DNA from: Clostridium sp.
Lineage (GTDB): Bacteria > Bacillota > Clostridia > Clostridiales > Clostridiaceae
DNA length: 64,000 nucleotides
NCBI GenBank assembly: GCA_028692255.1
Contig: JAQUXS010000001.1
Span: 38,229-102,228, forward strand
Direction: 5' to 3'
The notes under the pieces are model-generated. The model saw only the letters and a program-made list of their open reading frames with translations. It searched no databases and had not been told where the DNA came from. Position numbers and translations under genes: made by a program. Positions 8,905 to 18,570 of this stretch are shown here, piece after piece; the stretch's first letter is position 1; the number at the start of each line of letters is the position of its first letter.

Positions 8905-11001
8905 TTAATTGTCAGATTTGTTTTCATTTTTTAAAGGAATATTGTCTATGCTGCTGCCGGAAAGTCCATGGTCTGTTTTTTCCCAGTGGAAGGGGTTATG
9001 AATAAGTTGCCATAATGCCTTAATGGCTGCTAGACTGCTAAATGACCAGTATATGGGAGTTAACAGAGCATATTTTAGCATTCCATAAGAGAATACTTTT
9101 TTATCCTTCTTTTCCATATCATTAATAACCCAAAACATTCCAACTACATTTGAATATACAAATATAAAATTTCCTAGTATAAGTAAAAAAGCTGATATAT
9201 AATAAGTTGGTCCGGGAAATAATTGTGGAATCCAAGAAGCTTTAGTCATATACCAAAGTATAAGCATAAGCCACAAGAAAGGATTGGCTAAGGGAAGTAA
9301 AAAAGAAGCACCAATCATGGCTTGAAAGCCCCAAAAACCTCTAAGGCCAAGTTCTTTAAATAGATTTATAGGATTTCTCATGTGTACTAACCAAGTTTGC
9401 ATATATCCTTTAATCCATCTAGATCTTTGTCTAATCCAGTTGAAGAATCTGCTGTTTGCTTCTTCCCAAGTGTGGGAATCTAATACTGAAGTAGTATAAC
9501 CTTCTTTAAAAAGTCTAACACCCAAGTCGGCATCTTCTGTTACATTAAATGGGTCCCAAGCACCTACTTGTTTTAAATAATTTGTTTTAAAATGGTTAGA
9601 GGTACCACCAAGAGGAACTGGTATATCTAGATTTACTACACCAGGAAGGAGCATTTCAAACCACATACTGTATTCTTGAGTGAACCACTTTGTCAGTATA
9701 TTTTGATTGCTGTTAAAGTAATTAAGTTTACATTGAATACAAATATTTTTTTCGGGAAGTTTTTTAAAACCTAAGTATACTTTCTTTAACTGATCAGGGT
9801 CTGGTATGTCTTCTGCATCATATATAACAACATATTCTCCTCTAGCTCTAATAAGTCCGTAGTTACAAGCTTTAGGTTTTGTTTTAGGGAAACTTTCAGG
9901 TACAATTAATACTTTGTAGTATGCAGGAAGGTCGAGAGAATTTATAACTTCTTGAGTTTCTGAATCGTCTTCTTCCAAAAGAAGTCTTACATCTAATTTT
10001 TGCTTTGGATAATTTAATTTTTCTATGCTGTTACAAAGTTTTCCAGCTATATCTTTTTCTTTATACAAAGGAATTAGTATTGTATAAATAGGTAATTCTT
10101 TTTCATCAATTTTATCGACCTCATTATCGTCTATATAGATCTGAGAACTTTCTTTTGTACCCTTTAACAAAATAGAAAATTTCATTAACGTTATGGAAAG
10201 ATACACTACTTGTAAAAGTATATTTATTACTATAAAGGTTCTGACCCAACTAATTAAAAAACTAAGTAGAAGTAGAACTGCTATAACTCCTACTGCGGTT
10301 AATTGAGGTACTGTGAAAGTTGTTTTTGCAGAATTTTGAGGTTGATCTTCATTTAATTTGCTTACGCTTTCTTCTGTAAGGTCATTTCCATAAACCATAT
10401 TCCAATAATTGTCTAGCTCATATTGAGATGCTAATACTTGTTCTACTGGTTTATCTAAATAAGCTTCCACATCTTCTATTTCTACTTCTGAAAGTTTTTT
10501 AACAACAGCTAATAGATATCTATTGTTTACTGTGTTAACTATGCATAAACCATATTTTCTTGCAGTTACAAAAGGTAATTTGCTTGCGTCATTAAAGTTT
10601 AAAATATCTCCCATTCTTCCAAGTTGTTGTTGTGTTGCAAGGTTACTATATATATCCTTAGGTTTAACCATGTTAAGTGAGAGAAGTATGTCACCTATAA
10701 GACCGCCGCTTTTTTCTTGAAAGGCAAGTGCTTCTTTCAATTGTTCTTCAGTAATAATACTGTTATCAACAAGCATTTTACCAAGAGGTTTTTTCTTATT
10801 TGAATTTTCAATAAACTTACTTAGATTTTCTTTTGTAATATAATCAAAAGATATCAGTACATCACCTAAACGTCCTCCATATTTTTTTTGGTAATTTAAA
10901 GCAAGCTCAAGTTGTTTCTCTGTAATTGCATGTTGCTTGACTAATTTATCGCCAAGTTTATTTGTAGAAAAATTCTTGTTGTTTATGTTGTCTTTTGACA
11001 A
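8905..11001 (-). CDS. Processive GT2 glycosyltransferase (synthase-like) with N-terminal tandem MshEN domains
   Basis: LGxxLxxxxxITxxQLxxALxxQ repeats at the N-terminus, YDAED, TED, QRSRW, FHWEKT; GAGGTG RBS favours TTG start at 11001 (ORF track gives 11010). Confidence 0.85.
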   Translation of the reverse strand: MSKDNINNKNFSTNKLGDKLVKQHAITEKQLELALNYQKKYGGRLGDVLISFDYITKENLSKFIENSNKKKPLGKMLVDNSIITEEQLKEALAFQEKSGGLIGDILLSLNMVKPKDIYSNLATQQQLGRMGDILNFNDASKLPFVTARKYGLCIVNTVNNRYLLAVVKKLSEVEIEDVEAYLDKPVEQVLASQYELDNYWNMVYGNDLTEESVSKLNEDQPQNSAKTTFTVPQLTAVGVIAVLLLLSFLISWVRTFIVINILLQVVYLSITLMKFSILLKGTKESSQIYIDDNEVDKIDEKELPIYTILIPLYKEKDIAGKLCNSIEKLNYPKQKLDVRLLLEEDDSETQEVINSLDLPAYYKVLIVPESFPKTKPKACNYGLIRARGEYVVIYDAEDIPDPDQLKKVYLGFKKLPEKNICIQCKLNYFNSNQNILTKWFTQEYSMWFEMLLPGVVNLDIPVPLGGTSNHFKTNYLKQVGAWDPFNVTEDADLGVRLFKEGYTTSVLDSHTWEEANSRFFNWIRQRSRWIKGYMQTWLVHMRNPINLFKELGLRGFWGFQAMIGASFLLPLANPFLWLMLILWYMTKASWIPQLFPGPTYYISAFLLILGNFIFVYSNVVGMFWVINDMEKKDKKVFSYGMLKYALLTPIYWSFSSLAAIKALWQLIHNPFHWEKTDHGLSGSSIDNIPLKNENKSDN

Positions 11002-11078
11002 AAATAACACCTCACATATTATATGTATAAAATAATTATATAGTATAATATTATAAATTCAATACAAACAGGAACTAT

Positions 11079-11085
11079 TTCGACA
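11079..11085 (-). promoter_or_regulatory. Spo0A (0A) box upstream of the GT2 operon
   Basis: Perfect TGTCGAA on the minus strand; near-match TGTCTAA at 11099-11105. Confidence 0.45.
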
Positions 11086-11196
11086 TTAATCATACAAATT
11101 AGACAAAAGGAGTACAGCAGCAACAATAAAAGTATTTTGAAAAGAAATTTTGGTGATATAAGCAGTTTAAGGAGTATCAGTACTGTACTAGTGATT

Positions 11197-11242
11197 AAAA
11201 AATATGCACAATCTGTATTGATACACATTGTGCATATTTTTT
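11197..11242. terminator. Strong bidirectional hairpin in a divergent intergenic region
   Basis: AAAAAATATGCACAAT/ATTGTGCATATTTTTT 16-bp perfect stem. Confidence 0.6.
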
Positions 11243-11468
11243 GATTGTTTTCTAATAATAACTTAGAAAAAATGTGTTATTTAAAATTTATAGTGTATTT
11301 ACAAAGCTATTTTCAATATGATATACTATATCTGTGCTAATTTTTAAAGCATTCAAAATTAGTATAATGATACAGATTTATAGTTTGAAATATTTTTAAT
11401 AAAAAGGCCATATACTAATTTTAATTAAAATGAATGAAGAAAAAATAATTTTTAAAGGGATGATTATT

Positions 11469-13133
11469 ATGGAGATAGCAAAAAGATATGGTGCAGATGC
11501 GGTTGTAGATACATTGACCAATCTTGGTGTAAAATATATTTTTGGAATTCCAGGAGCAAAAATTGATAGAGTGTTTGACACGTTAACAGATAAAGGACCT
11601 CAATTAATTGTTACAAGACATGAACAAAATGCAGCGTTTATTGCAGCTTCAATAGGGAGACTTACAGAAAAACCAGGAGTTGTTCTTGTAACAAGTGGAC
11701 CAGGAGCAAGTAATTTAGCAACGGGGCTTGTAACAGCAACTGCTGAGGGAGATCCTGTGCTTGCTATATCAGGACAAGTAAAACGTTCGGATTTATCAAA
11801 ATTAACACATCAGAGTATGGATAATGCGGCTTTATTTGCACCAATTACAAAATATAGCGTAGAAGTTCAGGAGCCAGAAAATATTTCTGAAGTGCTTACA
11901 AATGCATATAGAGCAGCTAACTCATCTAAAAAAGGAGCAAGTTTTGTAAGTATTCCTCAAGATGTAACGGATTCACCAGTAAAAGTTTCAGCTATAGCAG
12001 CCATGGAACCGGCGATACTTGGAGGGGCTAGTTTAGAGGAAGTTAAAAAATTATCTGAATGTATTAAAGAGGCAAAACTTCCAGTATTTTTAGTTGGAAT
12101 GAGGTCTTCAACGAAGAGTGTAACAAGAGCTCTTCGAAAACTTATAGCTAATAATGATATACCTGTAGTGGAAACATTTCAGGCAGCTGGTGTAATTTCA
12201 AGGGGATTAGAAAAACATTTTTTTGGAAGGATTGGATTGTTTAGCAATCAGCCAGGGGATATATTATTAAAACACAGTGATTTAATAATTGCAATTGGAT
12301 ATGATCCTATTGAATATGAGGCTAGAAATTGGAATGGCGATAAAGATGCCAATATAGTTGTAATAGATAGTAAGATAAGTGAAATTGATACTTATTTTCA
12401 ACCCCAAAAAGAACTAATAGGTGATATAGCACAGACTTTAGGTTCTATTTCGCCTTACTTAGATAATTTTACAGTTTCAACTGATTCTAAAAAATATTTA
12501 GGAAGTCTTAGAGAAAAATTAGAAAAAAGAGATATACCACCAGAAAATAAAGACAATGAGAGGTCACATCCACTGGAAGTTATTTCTGTTTTACAAGACT
12601 TGGTAACAGATGAAATGACCGTTGCAGTTGATGTTGGAAGCCATTATATTTGGATGGCAAGGCATTTTCGCTCATATGAGCCAAGACATTTACTTTTTAG
12701 TAATGGCATGCAGACTCTTGGAGTAGCACTGCCTTGGGCCATTGGAGCAGCATTAGTAAGACCTAATACAAAAATCGTTTCTGTTTCTGGAGATGGGGGA
12801 TTTTTATTCTCTGCACAGGAACTTGAGACAGCGGTTAGACTTAAATTGAACATTGTCCATATTATTTGGAATGATGGCAAATATAATATGGTAGAGTTTC
12901 AAGAAGAGATGAAATATAATAGAAGTTCAGGAGTAGAATTTGGGCCAGTTGATTTTGCTTCATATGCTAAAGCTTTTGGAGCTAAAGGATTAAAAGTGGA
13001 AAAGCCTGAGGAACTTGAGAAAGTTTTAAAAAAAGCATTTAAAGTGGATGGACCAGTAGTTGTTGATATTCCAATTGACTATAGTGGAAATAAGGAATTA
13101 GGGAAAATTATTTTACCAAATCAATTTATGTAA
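11469..13133 (+). CDS. alsS: Catabolic acetolactate synthase
   Basis: [32 protein letters not shown] motif GDGG...WND. Confidence 0.93.
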   Translation: MEIAKRYGADAVVDTLTNLGVKYIFGIPGAKIDRVFDTLTDKGPQLIVTRHEQNAAFIAASIGRLTEKPGVVLVTSGPGASNLATGLVTATAEGDPVLAISGQVKRSDLSKLTHQSMDNAALFAPITKYSVEVQEPENISEVLTNAYRAANSSKKGASFVSIPQDVTDSPVKVSAIAAMEPAILGGASLEEVKKLSECIKEAKLPVFLVGMRSSTKSVTRALRKLIANNDIPVVETFQAAGVISRGLEKHFFGRIGLFSNQPGDILLKHSDLIIAIGYDPIEYEARNWNGDKDANIVVIDSKISEIDTYFQPQKELIGDIAQTLGSISPYLDNFTVSTDSKKYLGSLREKLEKRDIPPENKDNERSHPLEVISVLQDLVTDEMTVAVDVGSHYIWMARHFRSYEPRHLLFSNGMQTLGVALPWAIGAALVRPNTKIVSVSGDGGFLFSAQELETAVRLKLNIVHIIWNDGKYNMVEFQEEMKYNRSSGVEFGPVDFASYAKAFGAKGLKVEKPEELEKVLKKAFKVDGPVVVDIPIDYSGNKELGKIILPNQFM

Positions 13134-13174
13134 AAAATATATTGCTTATGTTAATCATTTATTGAAAAGAGTTA

Positions 13175-13216
13175 AAATGCAGGATCAATGCTTTATAATT
13201 GGTCCTGCATTTTTTA
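13175..13216 (+). terminator. Terminator of alsS
   Basis: AAAATGCAGGATCAAT...ATTGGTCCTGCATTTT plus T-run. Confidence 0.75.
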
Positions 13217-13360
13217 AATCTGCTATTAATACATTATTCATAAATAATACATGTAAATGCCACTTAAGTTAATTAATATTAGCTTAAGTATTATTCATTT
13301 GGGGAAAACTGTAATTTATAAAAACCAGATGAAAAAAATAATAAATTAGGTGGTAATAGA

Positions 13361-15379
13361 ATGAAAGATAAAATCAAATTATCAAAAGAAAACTTAGGGA
13401 TATATTTAATTTTAATATTATCTGCAGTATTGAATTTTGCTAATTTAGGTATAGAGGGGAATGCCAATACATATTACTCAGCAGGAGTAAAAAGTATGAT
13501 GATGAACTTAAAAAATTTCTTCTTTGTGTCTTCTGATCCATCAGGTTTTGTAACTATTGATAAACCACCAATAGGTTTTTGGCTTCAGACTATATCTGCA
13601 AAAATATTTGGTTTTAGCGGGTGGAGTGTCATTTTGCCACAGGCGCTTGCAGGGGTTATATCAGTTTGGCTTATATATTACATTGTGAAGAGATCATTTG
13701 GAAATTTAGCAGGATTAGTTTCAGCATTATGCCTTGCAGTAACTCCAATTTTTGTAGCAGCAAGTAGAAATAATACAATAGATAATTTACTTGTTTTATC
13801 ATTACTAATGGCATGTTTAGCTATTTCATATGCAGCTGAAAAAGGAAAGTTAAAATATCTTATATTAAGTATAGTGTTAATAGGTATAGGATTTAATATA
13901 AAAATGGTAGAGGCATACATGGTGGCACCAGCAGTTTTTATAACATATTTCTTTTCATCTGCATTGTCGTATAAAAAGAAAACAAAACATCTTATTATAG
14001 GATTGGTAGTTCTTCTTGGAGTATCGTTGTCATGGGCAATAGTGGTAGATCTTGTGCCATCAAGTGATAGGCCTTTTATTGGGAGCAGTACTAATAACTC
14101 GGTTATGGAATTAATAGTAGGTCATAATGGATTACAAAGAGTAGGCATAGGAAGCAAATATATAAGTAGAGGCGGTAAGAATAAAACAAATAAAAAGAAT
14201 TTAAATATATTACAAAATAATAGTTATAATAAGTACAGAAAAACTCAAAATAATAAAAATAATAATCAGTATAAAATGCAAAATAATTCAAACACAGGAA
14301 TTGCAAGGCTATTTTACTATAATAATTTGTCCGACCAAATATCCTGGCTATTACCTTTTGCTATAATAGGATTTATAGTAGCTGCAGTAGAGGAAAAGTT
14401 TAAGCTGCCATTTAATAATAAGAGAAAATTGGATCTTTTATTATGGGTTACATGGCTGATTCCTGAATTTATATACTTCAGTTTTTCAAAAAATATAACT
14501 CATACTTATTATTTAACTACAATGGCACCAGCTATTGCAGCACTTACAGGAATTGGGCTAGATGCTATGTGGAAGCTTTATAGTAAAGGCGAATGGAAAA
14601 AGTGGATTTTGCCTTTTGCATTTGTTATAAATGGTATCGTTGAAATGTCTATGCTTTATTATAATTATAAAAAGTCTTATGATTATAAAATCACATTTGT
14701 AGTAACAGTAGTATTATGTATAGGAGCATCAATATCTCTTATTATAAGAATTGTTTTTGGAAAAAATAATAATTTTGAGTTAGGTAAAAAGTCAGCAAGA
14801 AAATTAAACACAGTATTTGTGGCTGCAGCATTTATTGGAATATTAACAGCACCTACAGTTTGGTCATTTGCTACACTCTTTTATCCAATGAACTCAAGCA
14901 GCCCATCTGCAGGACTAGAACTTGCTTCAAGTAAAGAGAATAGGAGTTTTAATAATAGCAGCAATGAAAAACTAATACAATTTTTGCAAAAGAATAAGAA
15001 GAATAAAAAATATTTAGTGGCAGTACCATCAGCAATGAATTATGCATCTGACCTTATACTAAAAACAGGTCAGCCGGTTATGACTATTGGTGGGTTCAGT
15101 GGATCAGATAAAATAATTACACTTGAAGAGTTTAAACAAGTAGTTTCTAAAGGTGAGTTGAGATATGTAATAGTAAACAGTGGCACAGGCATAATAGGGG
15201 GACAAAATAAAGAAAATCCAAATAATGATATTATGAATTGGGTTAAGTCAAATGGAAAACTAGTTCCAGATAATCAGTGGAATGATTCATCTACATTAAA
15301 AATATCTAATAATAAAAAAACTAGAAATAACATGAGTTCTGCTAAATTATATGATTTATCAGGTATAACACAATTTTAA
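13361..15379 (+). CDS. YkcB-like GT39/ArnT-family glycosyltransferase
   Basis: NTYYSAGVKSM, FVTIDKPP, ASRNNTID, GFNIKM, RPFIGSS, HTYY, IGGFSGSD motifs. Confidence 0.88.
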   Translation: MKDKIKLSKENLGIYLILILSAVLNFANLGIEGNANTYYSAGVKSMMMNLKNFFFVSSDPSGFVTIDKPPIGFWLQTISAKIFGFSGWSVILPQALAGVISVWLIYYIVKRSFGNLAGLVSALCLAVTPIFVAASRNNTIDNLLVLSLLMACLAISYAAEKGKLKYLILSIVLIGIGFNIKMVEAYMVAPAVFITYFFSSALSYKKKTKHLIIGLVVLLGVSLSWAIVVDLVPSSDRPFIGSSTNNSVMELIVGHNGLQRVGIGSKYISRGGKNKTNKKNLNILQNNSYNKYRKTQNNKNNNQYKMQNNSNTGIARLFYYNNLSDQISWLLPFAIIGFIVAAVEEKFKLPFNNKRKLDLLLWVTWLIPEFIYFSFSKNITHTYYLTTMAPAIAALTGIGLDAMWKLYSKGEWKKWILPFAFVINGIVEMSMLYYNYKKSYDYKITFVVTVVLCIGASISLIIRIVFGKNNNFELGKKSARKLNTVFVAAAFIGILTAPTVWSFATLFYPMNSSSPSAGLELASSKENRSFNNSSNEKLIQFLQKNKKNKKYLVAVPSAMNYASDLILKTGQPVMTIGGFSGSDKIITLEEFKQVVSKGELRYVIVNSGTGIIGGQNKENPNNDIMNWVKSNGKLVPDNQWNDSSTLKISNNKKTRNNMSSAKLYDLSGITQF

Positions 15380-15556
15380 ATTAATATAATTTAAGAATAA
15401 TGCCAGTAGAAAAATTCTGCTGGTATTATTTTAATGTAAATTTAATATTTAAGTGGATAATATAAATATATAAATTAAAATGCTTATTTTTACAAACAAT
15501 ATGAGTTGTTATATAATGAAATGATTTATAGGTGTTAAATGATAGTGGGGCGAAAA

Positions 15557-16093
15557 ATGATTCAATTAATACAACAATTTGATAATTTAATTTTAATTAG
15601 TATTAAAAATAATATGCATGGTTATATTGCGGATAAGATTATGATTATGAGTACTGATTTAGGAAATATGGCTATTGCATGGGTTGTAATTGCTATAGCA
15701 CTTATTATAAGTAAAAGATATAGGAAAGTAGGGGTTATGGTTTTAGCAGCATTACTTTTAAGTACAATTTTAGGTGAAGTAATATTAAAGAATTTAGTTA
15801 AGCGGCCAAGGCCATGCTTTTATATTCCACAGGTGGATATGATTATAAAAAAGCCAACATCTTATTCATTTCCTTCAGGTCATGCTATGTCATCTTTTGC
15901 AGCAGCAGGGGTGATTTCAAAGTATTTGAAGAAATATGCAGTTGTGTTTTATGTATTAGCCTTAGTGATAGCTTTTTCAAGGTTATATTTGTATGTTCAT
16001 TATCCTACAGATGTTATAGTAGGAATAATTTTAGGGATAATAGTAAGTAGATTTGTTATCCACATATTTAATAAAATTAAAAAAATAGAATGA
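15557..16093 (+). CDS. PAP2-family phosphatase
   Basis: KxxxxRPRP, SFPSGH, SRLYLYVHYPTD. Confidence 0.9.
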   Translation: MIQLIQQFDNLILISIKNNMHGYIADKIMIMSTDLGNMAIAWVVIAIALIISKRYRKVGVMVLAALLLSTILGEVILKNLVKRPRPCFYIPQVDMIIKKPTSYSFPSGHAMSSFAAAGVISKYLKKYAVVFYVLALVIAFSRLYLYVHYPTDVIVGIILGIIVSRFVIHIFNKIKKIE

Positions 16094-16191
16094 AATATTG
16101 ATTAAATATTAAAAAATTAGTAAAATTGATAGATGTATTCAATAAAATAACATTTTAATCTAAAAGATTTCAGAAAGAGAGATAACATAAG

Positions 16192-16743
16192 ATGAATTTA
16201 CAAGTTTTTAGAATGATAAACGATTTAGCACACAAAAGTTCCATTTTGGATAAAACAATGATTTTCTTTTCAAAATATGGACCACTTATATTTATGGCAG
16301 TTATAGTATTTATTTTTATTTCAGGAATTATCAATAAAAAACAGCAATATAGGAAAGTGGCTGTGAGTACAGCTGTATTTGCTGGTATCAACTTATTTAT
16401 AAACTTTTTAATAGGAAAAGTTTATTACGTAAATAGACCATTTGTAGATCATAAAGTTAACCTTCTTGTAGCACATAAGGCTAATGCATCATTTCCAAGT
16501 GATCATGCAACAGGAACCATGAGTGTTGCTTTAGGAGTGGGCAGATACAATAAATTACTTAGAACTATAATGGTAACATTATCTTTAATTGTAGGTTTTT
16601 CAAGAGTGTATGTTGGAAACCATTATCCTGCAGATGTAATTGGAGGGTATGTACTGGTTTTTATAACTAATATTTTATATAATAAATTTTTTAGAGATGG
16701 AGTAGAAAGAATTTACATAAAAATGGAAAATAAATTAATATAA
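16192..16743 (+). CDS. Undecaprenyl-pyrophosphate phosphatase (BcrC-like PAP2)
   Basis: NRPF, SFPSDH, SRVYVGNHYPAD; N-terminus of the BcrC type. Confidence 0.85.
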   Translation: MNLQVFRMINDLAHKSSILDKTMIFFSKYGPLIFMAVIVFIFISGIINKKQQYRKVAVSTAVFAGINLFINFLIGKVYYVNRPFVDHKVNLLVAHKANASFPSDHATGTMSVALGVGRYNKLLRTIMVTLSLIVGFSRVYVGNHYPADVIGGYVLVFITNILYNKFFRDGVERIYIKMENKLI

Positions 16744-16790
16744 ATTTATGGTGTGGTATAATATAAATATATACTAAAATAGGAGACAAA

Positions 16791-17486
16791 ATGAAATTAT
16801 TTATCTTTGTTGTTATATTAAGTTATACTGCAATTCCCAATCTATACTATCGTAAATTTTCAAAGAATATACTTAAGAAAATCCCTAGTAATAAGAAAGC
16901 AATTGCACTTACATTTGATGATGGACCTGATCCGAGATATACTGTTAGACTTCTTGATTTGCTCAAAAAAAATAATATAAAATGCACATTTTTTGTGCTT
17001 GCTGAGAAGGCTGAGGAATATCCATATATAATAAAACGTATCAAAGAAGATGGGCATTGTATAGGGCTACATTCATTAGAACATGATAATGATATTTTTA
17101 AGATGCCTATTAAAACAAAAAAAGATTTTTCAAAGTCCTTAAATATTATGCAGCACCTTGGATTGAAAGTTAAATTATTCAGGCCTCCCTGGGGCATATT
17201 CAATCCATTCACATTTTATTGTGCTAAGGTAAATAATATTAGAGTTGTACTTTGGTCTAAATATGCAAGAGACTGGAGCAGATGGGTAACTGCAGATTAT
17301 ATAAAAGATAGACTTATTAATAATGTAAGACCTGGAGATATAATACTGCTGCATGATGGAAGAGGTGCTAAAAATGCTCCAGAAAGAACTATTAAGGCGT
17401 TAAATTTTGTTTTACCAAAATTAAAAAAAGAAGGATACAACTTTGTTACGTTAAATGATAGTTATTTTAAATCAAAGGGTTGTTAA
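16791..17486 (+). CDS. Polysaccharide deacetylase (CE4/NodB)
   Basis: TFDDGP, HSLEH, RPPWG, ILLHD. Confidence 0.92.
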   Translation: MKLFIFVVILSYTAIPNLYYRKFSKNILKKIPSNKKAIALTFDDGPDPRYTVRLLDLLKKNNIKCTFFVLAEKAEEYPYIIKRIKEDGHCIGLHSLEHDNDIFKMPIKTKKDFSKSLNIMQHLGLKVKLFRPPWGIFNPFTFYCAKVNNIRVVLWSKYARDWSRWVTADYIKDRLINNVRPGDIILLHDGRGAKNAPERTIKALNFVLPKLKKEGYNFVTLNDSYFKSKGC

Positions 17487-17500
17487 TGATTAAAGAGTAT

Positions 17501-17532
17501 AGGACTGCTGCACAAAATAGTGCAGCGGTCCT
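17501..17532. repeat. REP-like palindrome copy (acts as terminator)
   Basis: AGGACTGCTGCAC-AAAATA-GTGCAGCGGTCCT; same arm sequence recurs at 25712, 29557, 32937, 56915 and 61101. Confidence 0.65.
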
Positions 17533-17546
17533 GATTTTTTGTTTTG

Positions 17547-17606
17547 TTGACAAATAAAAAATGAAGATGTACACTAAATGTAAATGCAAGTTAGTTGCAT
17601 TTACAT
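17547..17606 (+). promoter_or_regulatory. SigA promoter with Zur/Fur-family-like operator
   Basis: TTGACA-17-TACACT (17547-17575) followed by the palindrome ATGTAAATGCAA-N5-TTGCATTTACAT (17578-17606). Confidence 0.7.
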
Positions 17607-17622
17607 GTTAAGGGGTGAAATA

Positions 17623-18570
17623 ATGAAATTATTAAGGTTGAATAAAAAGAGAAAGAAAAAATTACTATTTGCAATGCTTTCTATCACTATAATCATGGCT
17701 GTAACTGCGTGCAGTCCACAAGCAGCAGGCAGTTCATCAGATAAGCTTATATATGCAGTAGGTGCTGAAAATGAATACGCAGATGTTGTTAGTCAAATTG
17801 GAGGAAAGTATGTTTCTGTTACTTCCATTATGAGCAATCCAAGTACAGACCCGCATTCTTATGAGGCTAATACAAAAGATGCATCTGCAGTTGGAAAAGC
17901 AACTTTAGTTGTGCAAAATGGTCTTGGATAAGACGATTTTATGGATAAGCTTCAGTCAAGCTCACCAAATTCAAAGAGAAAAGTTATAGATGTTTCAAAA
18001 GCTCTTGGATATTCTAAAAATACATCTAATCCTCATCTATGGTACAAACCAGGTACTATGGAAAAGGTTGCAGGACTTGTTGAGAAAAATCTAGAAAGTC
18101 AAATGCCAAGCCAAAAACAATATTTTAAAAATAGATTAAAGACTTTTGACAATTCACTAAAACTTTGGAATGATGATTTAAATAAACTTTCACAGGCCTA
18201 CAAAGGTACAGGAGTTGCAGTGACAGAACCAGTAGCTGATTATTTACTTGAAGCTGCGAATCTCAATGTTAAAACTCCATGGGGATTTCAAGCATCAGTT
18301 ATGAATGGAACGGATCCTTCACCACAAAATGTTCAAATACAGGAAAATCTTTTGAAAAACAAAGAAGTAAAAGTATTTGTTTATAATCAGCAGGCAATTG
18401 ATGACGCTACAACAAATTTAATGAAACTTGCTAAGAAGAACAATATACCTGTAGTTGGCGTTTATGAGACAATGCCACCAAACTACAATTATGCAAAATG
18501 GATGGAAGAAGAGACAAATAATATTTTAAAAGCAATAAAAAATGGAACTTCAACGGAAAAGATATCATGA
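17623..18570 (+). pseudogene. Zn/Mn ABC substrate-binding lipoprotein interrupted by an in-frame TAA at 17929-17931
   Basis: Lipobox VTAC, DPHSYE, NGLG*DDFM (usually GLGYD), NPHLW; both ORF-track halves are in the same frame. Confidence 0.8.

Noticed and set aside
11100-11200. T-box upstream of acetolactate synthase
   Set aside because: No GGTGGNACCGCG T-box sequence, and alsS has a promoter-like site downstream of the hairpin
11019-11228. 69-aa hydrophobic ORF upstream of the GT2 gene
   Set aside because: It starts inside a hairpin, has no RBS, and its hydrophobicity is explained by AT richness
17929-17931. Programmed stop-codon recoding in the metal-binding protein
   Set aside because: The codon is TAA rather than TGA or TAG, and the position is normally Tyr
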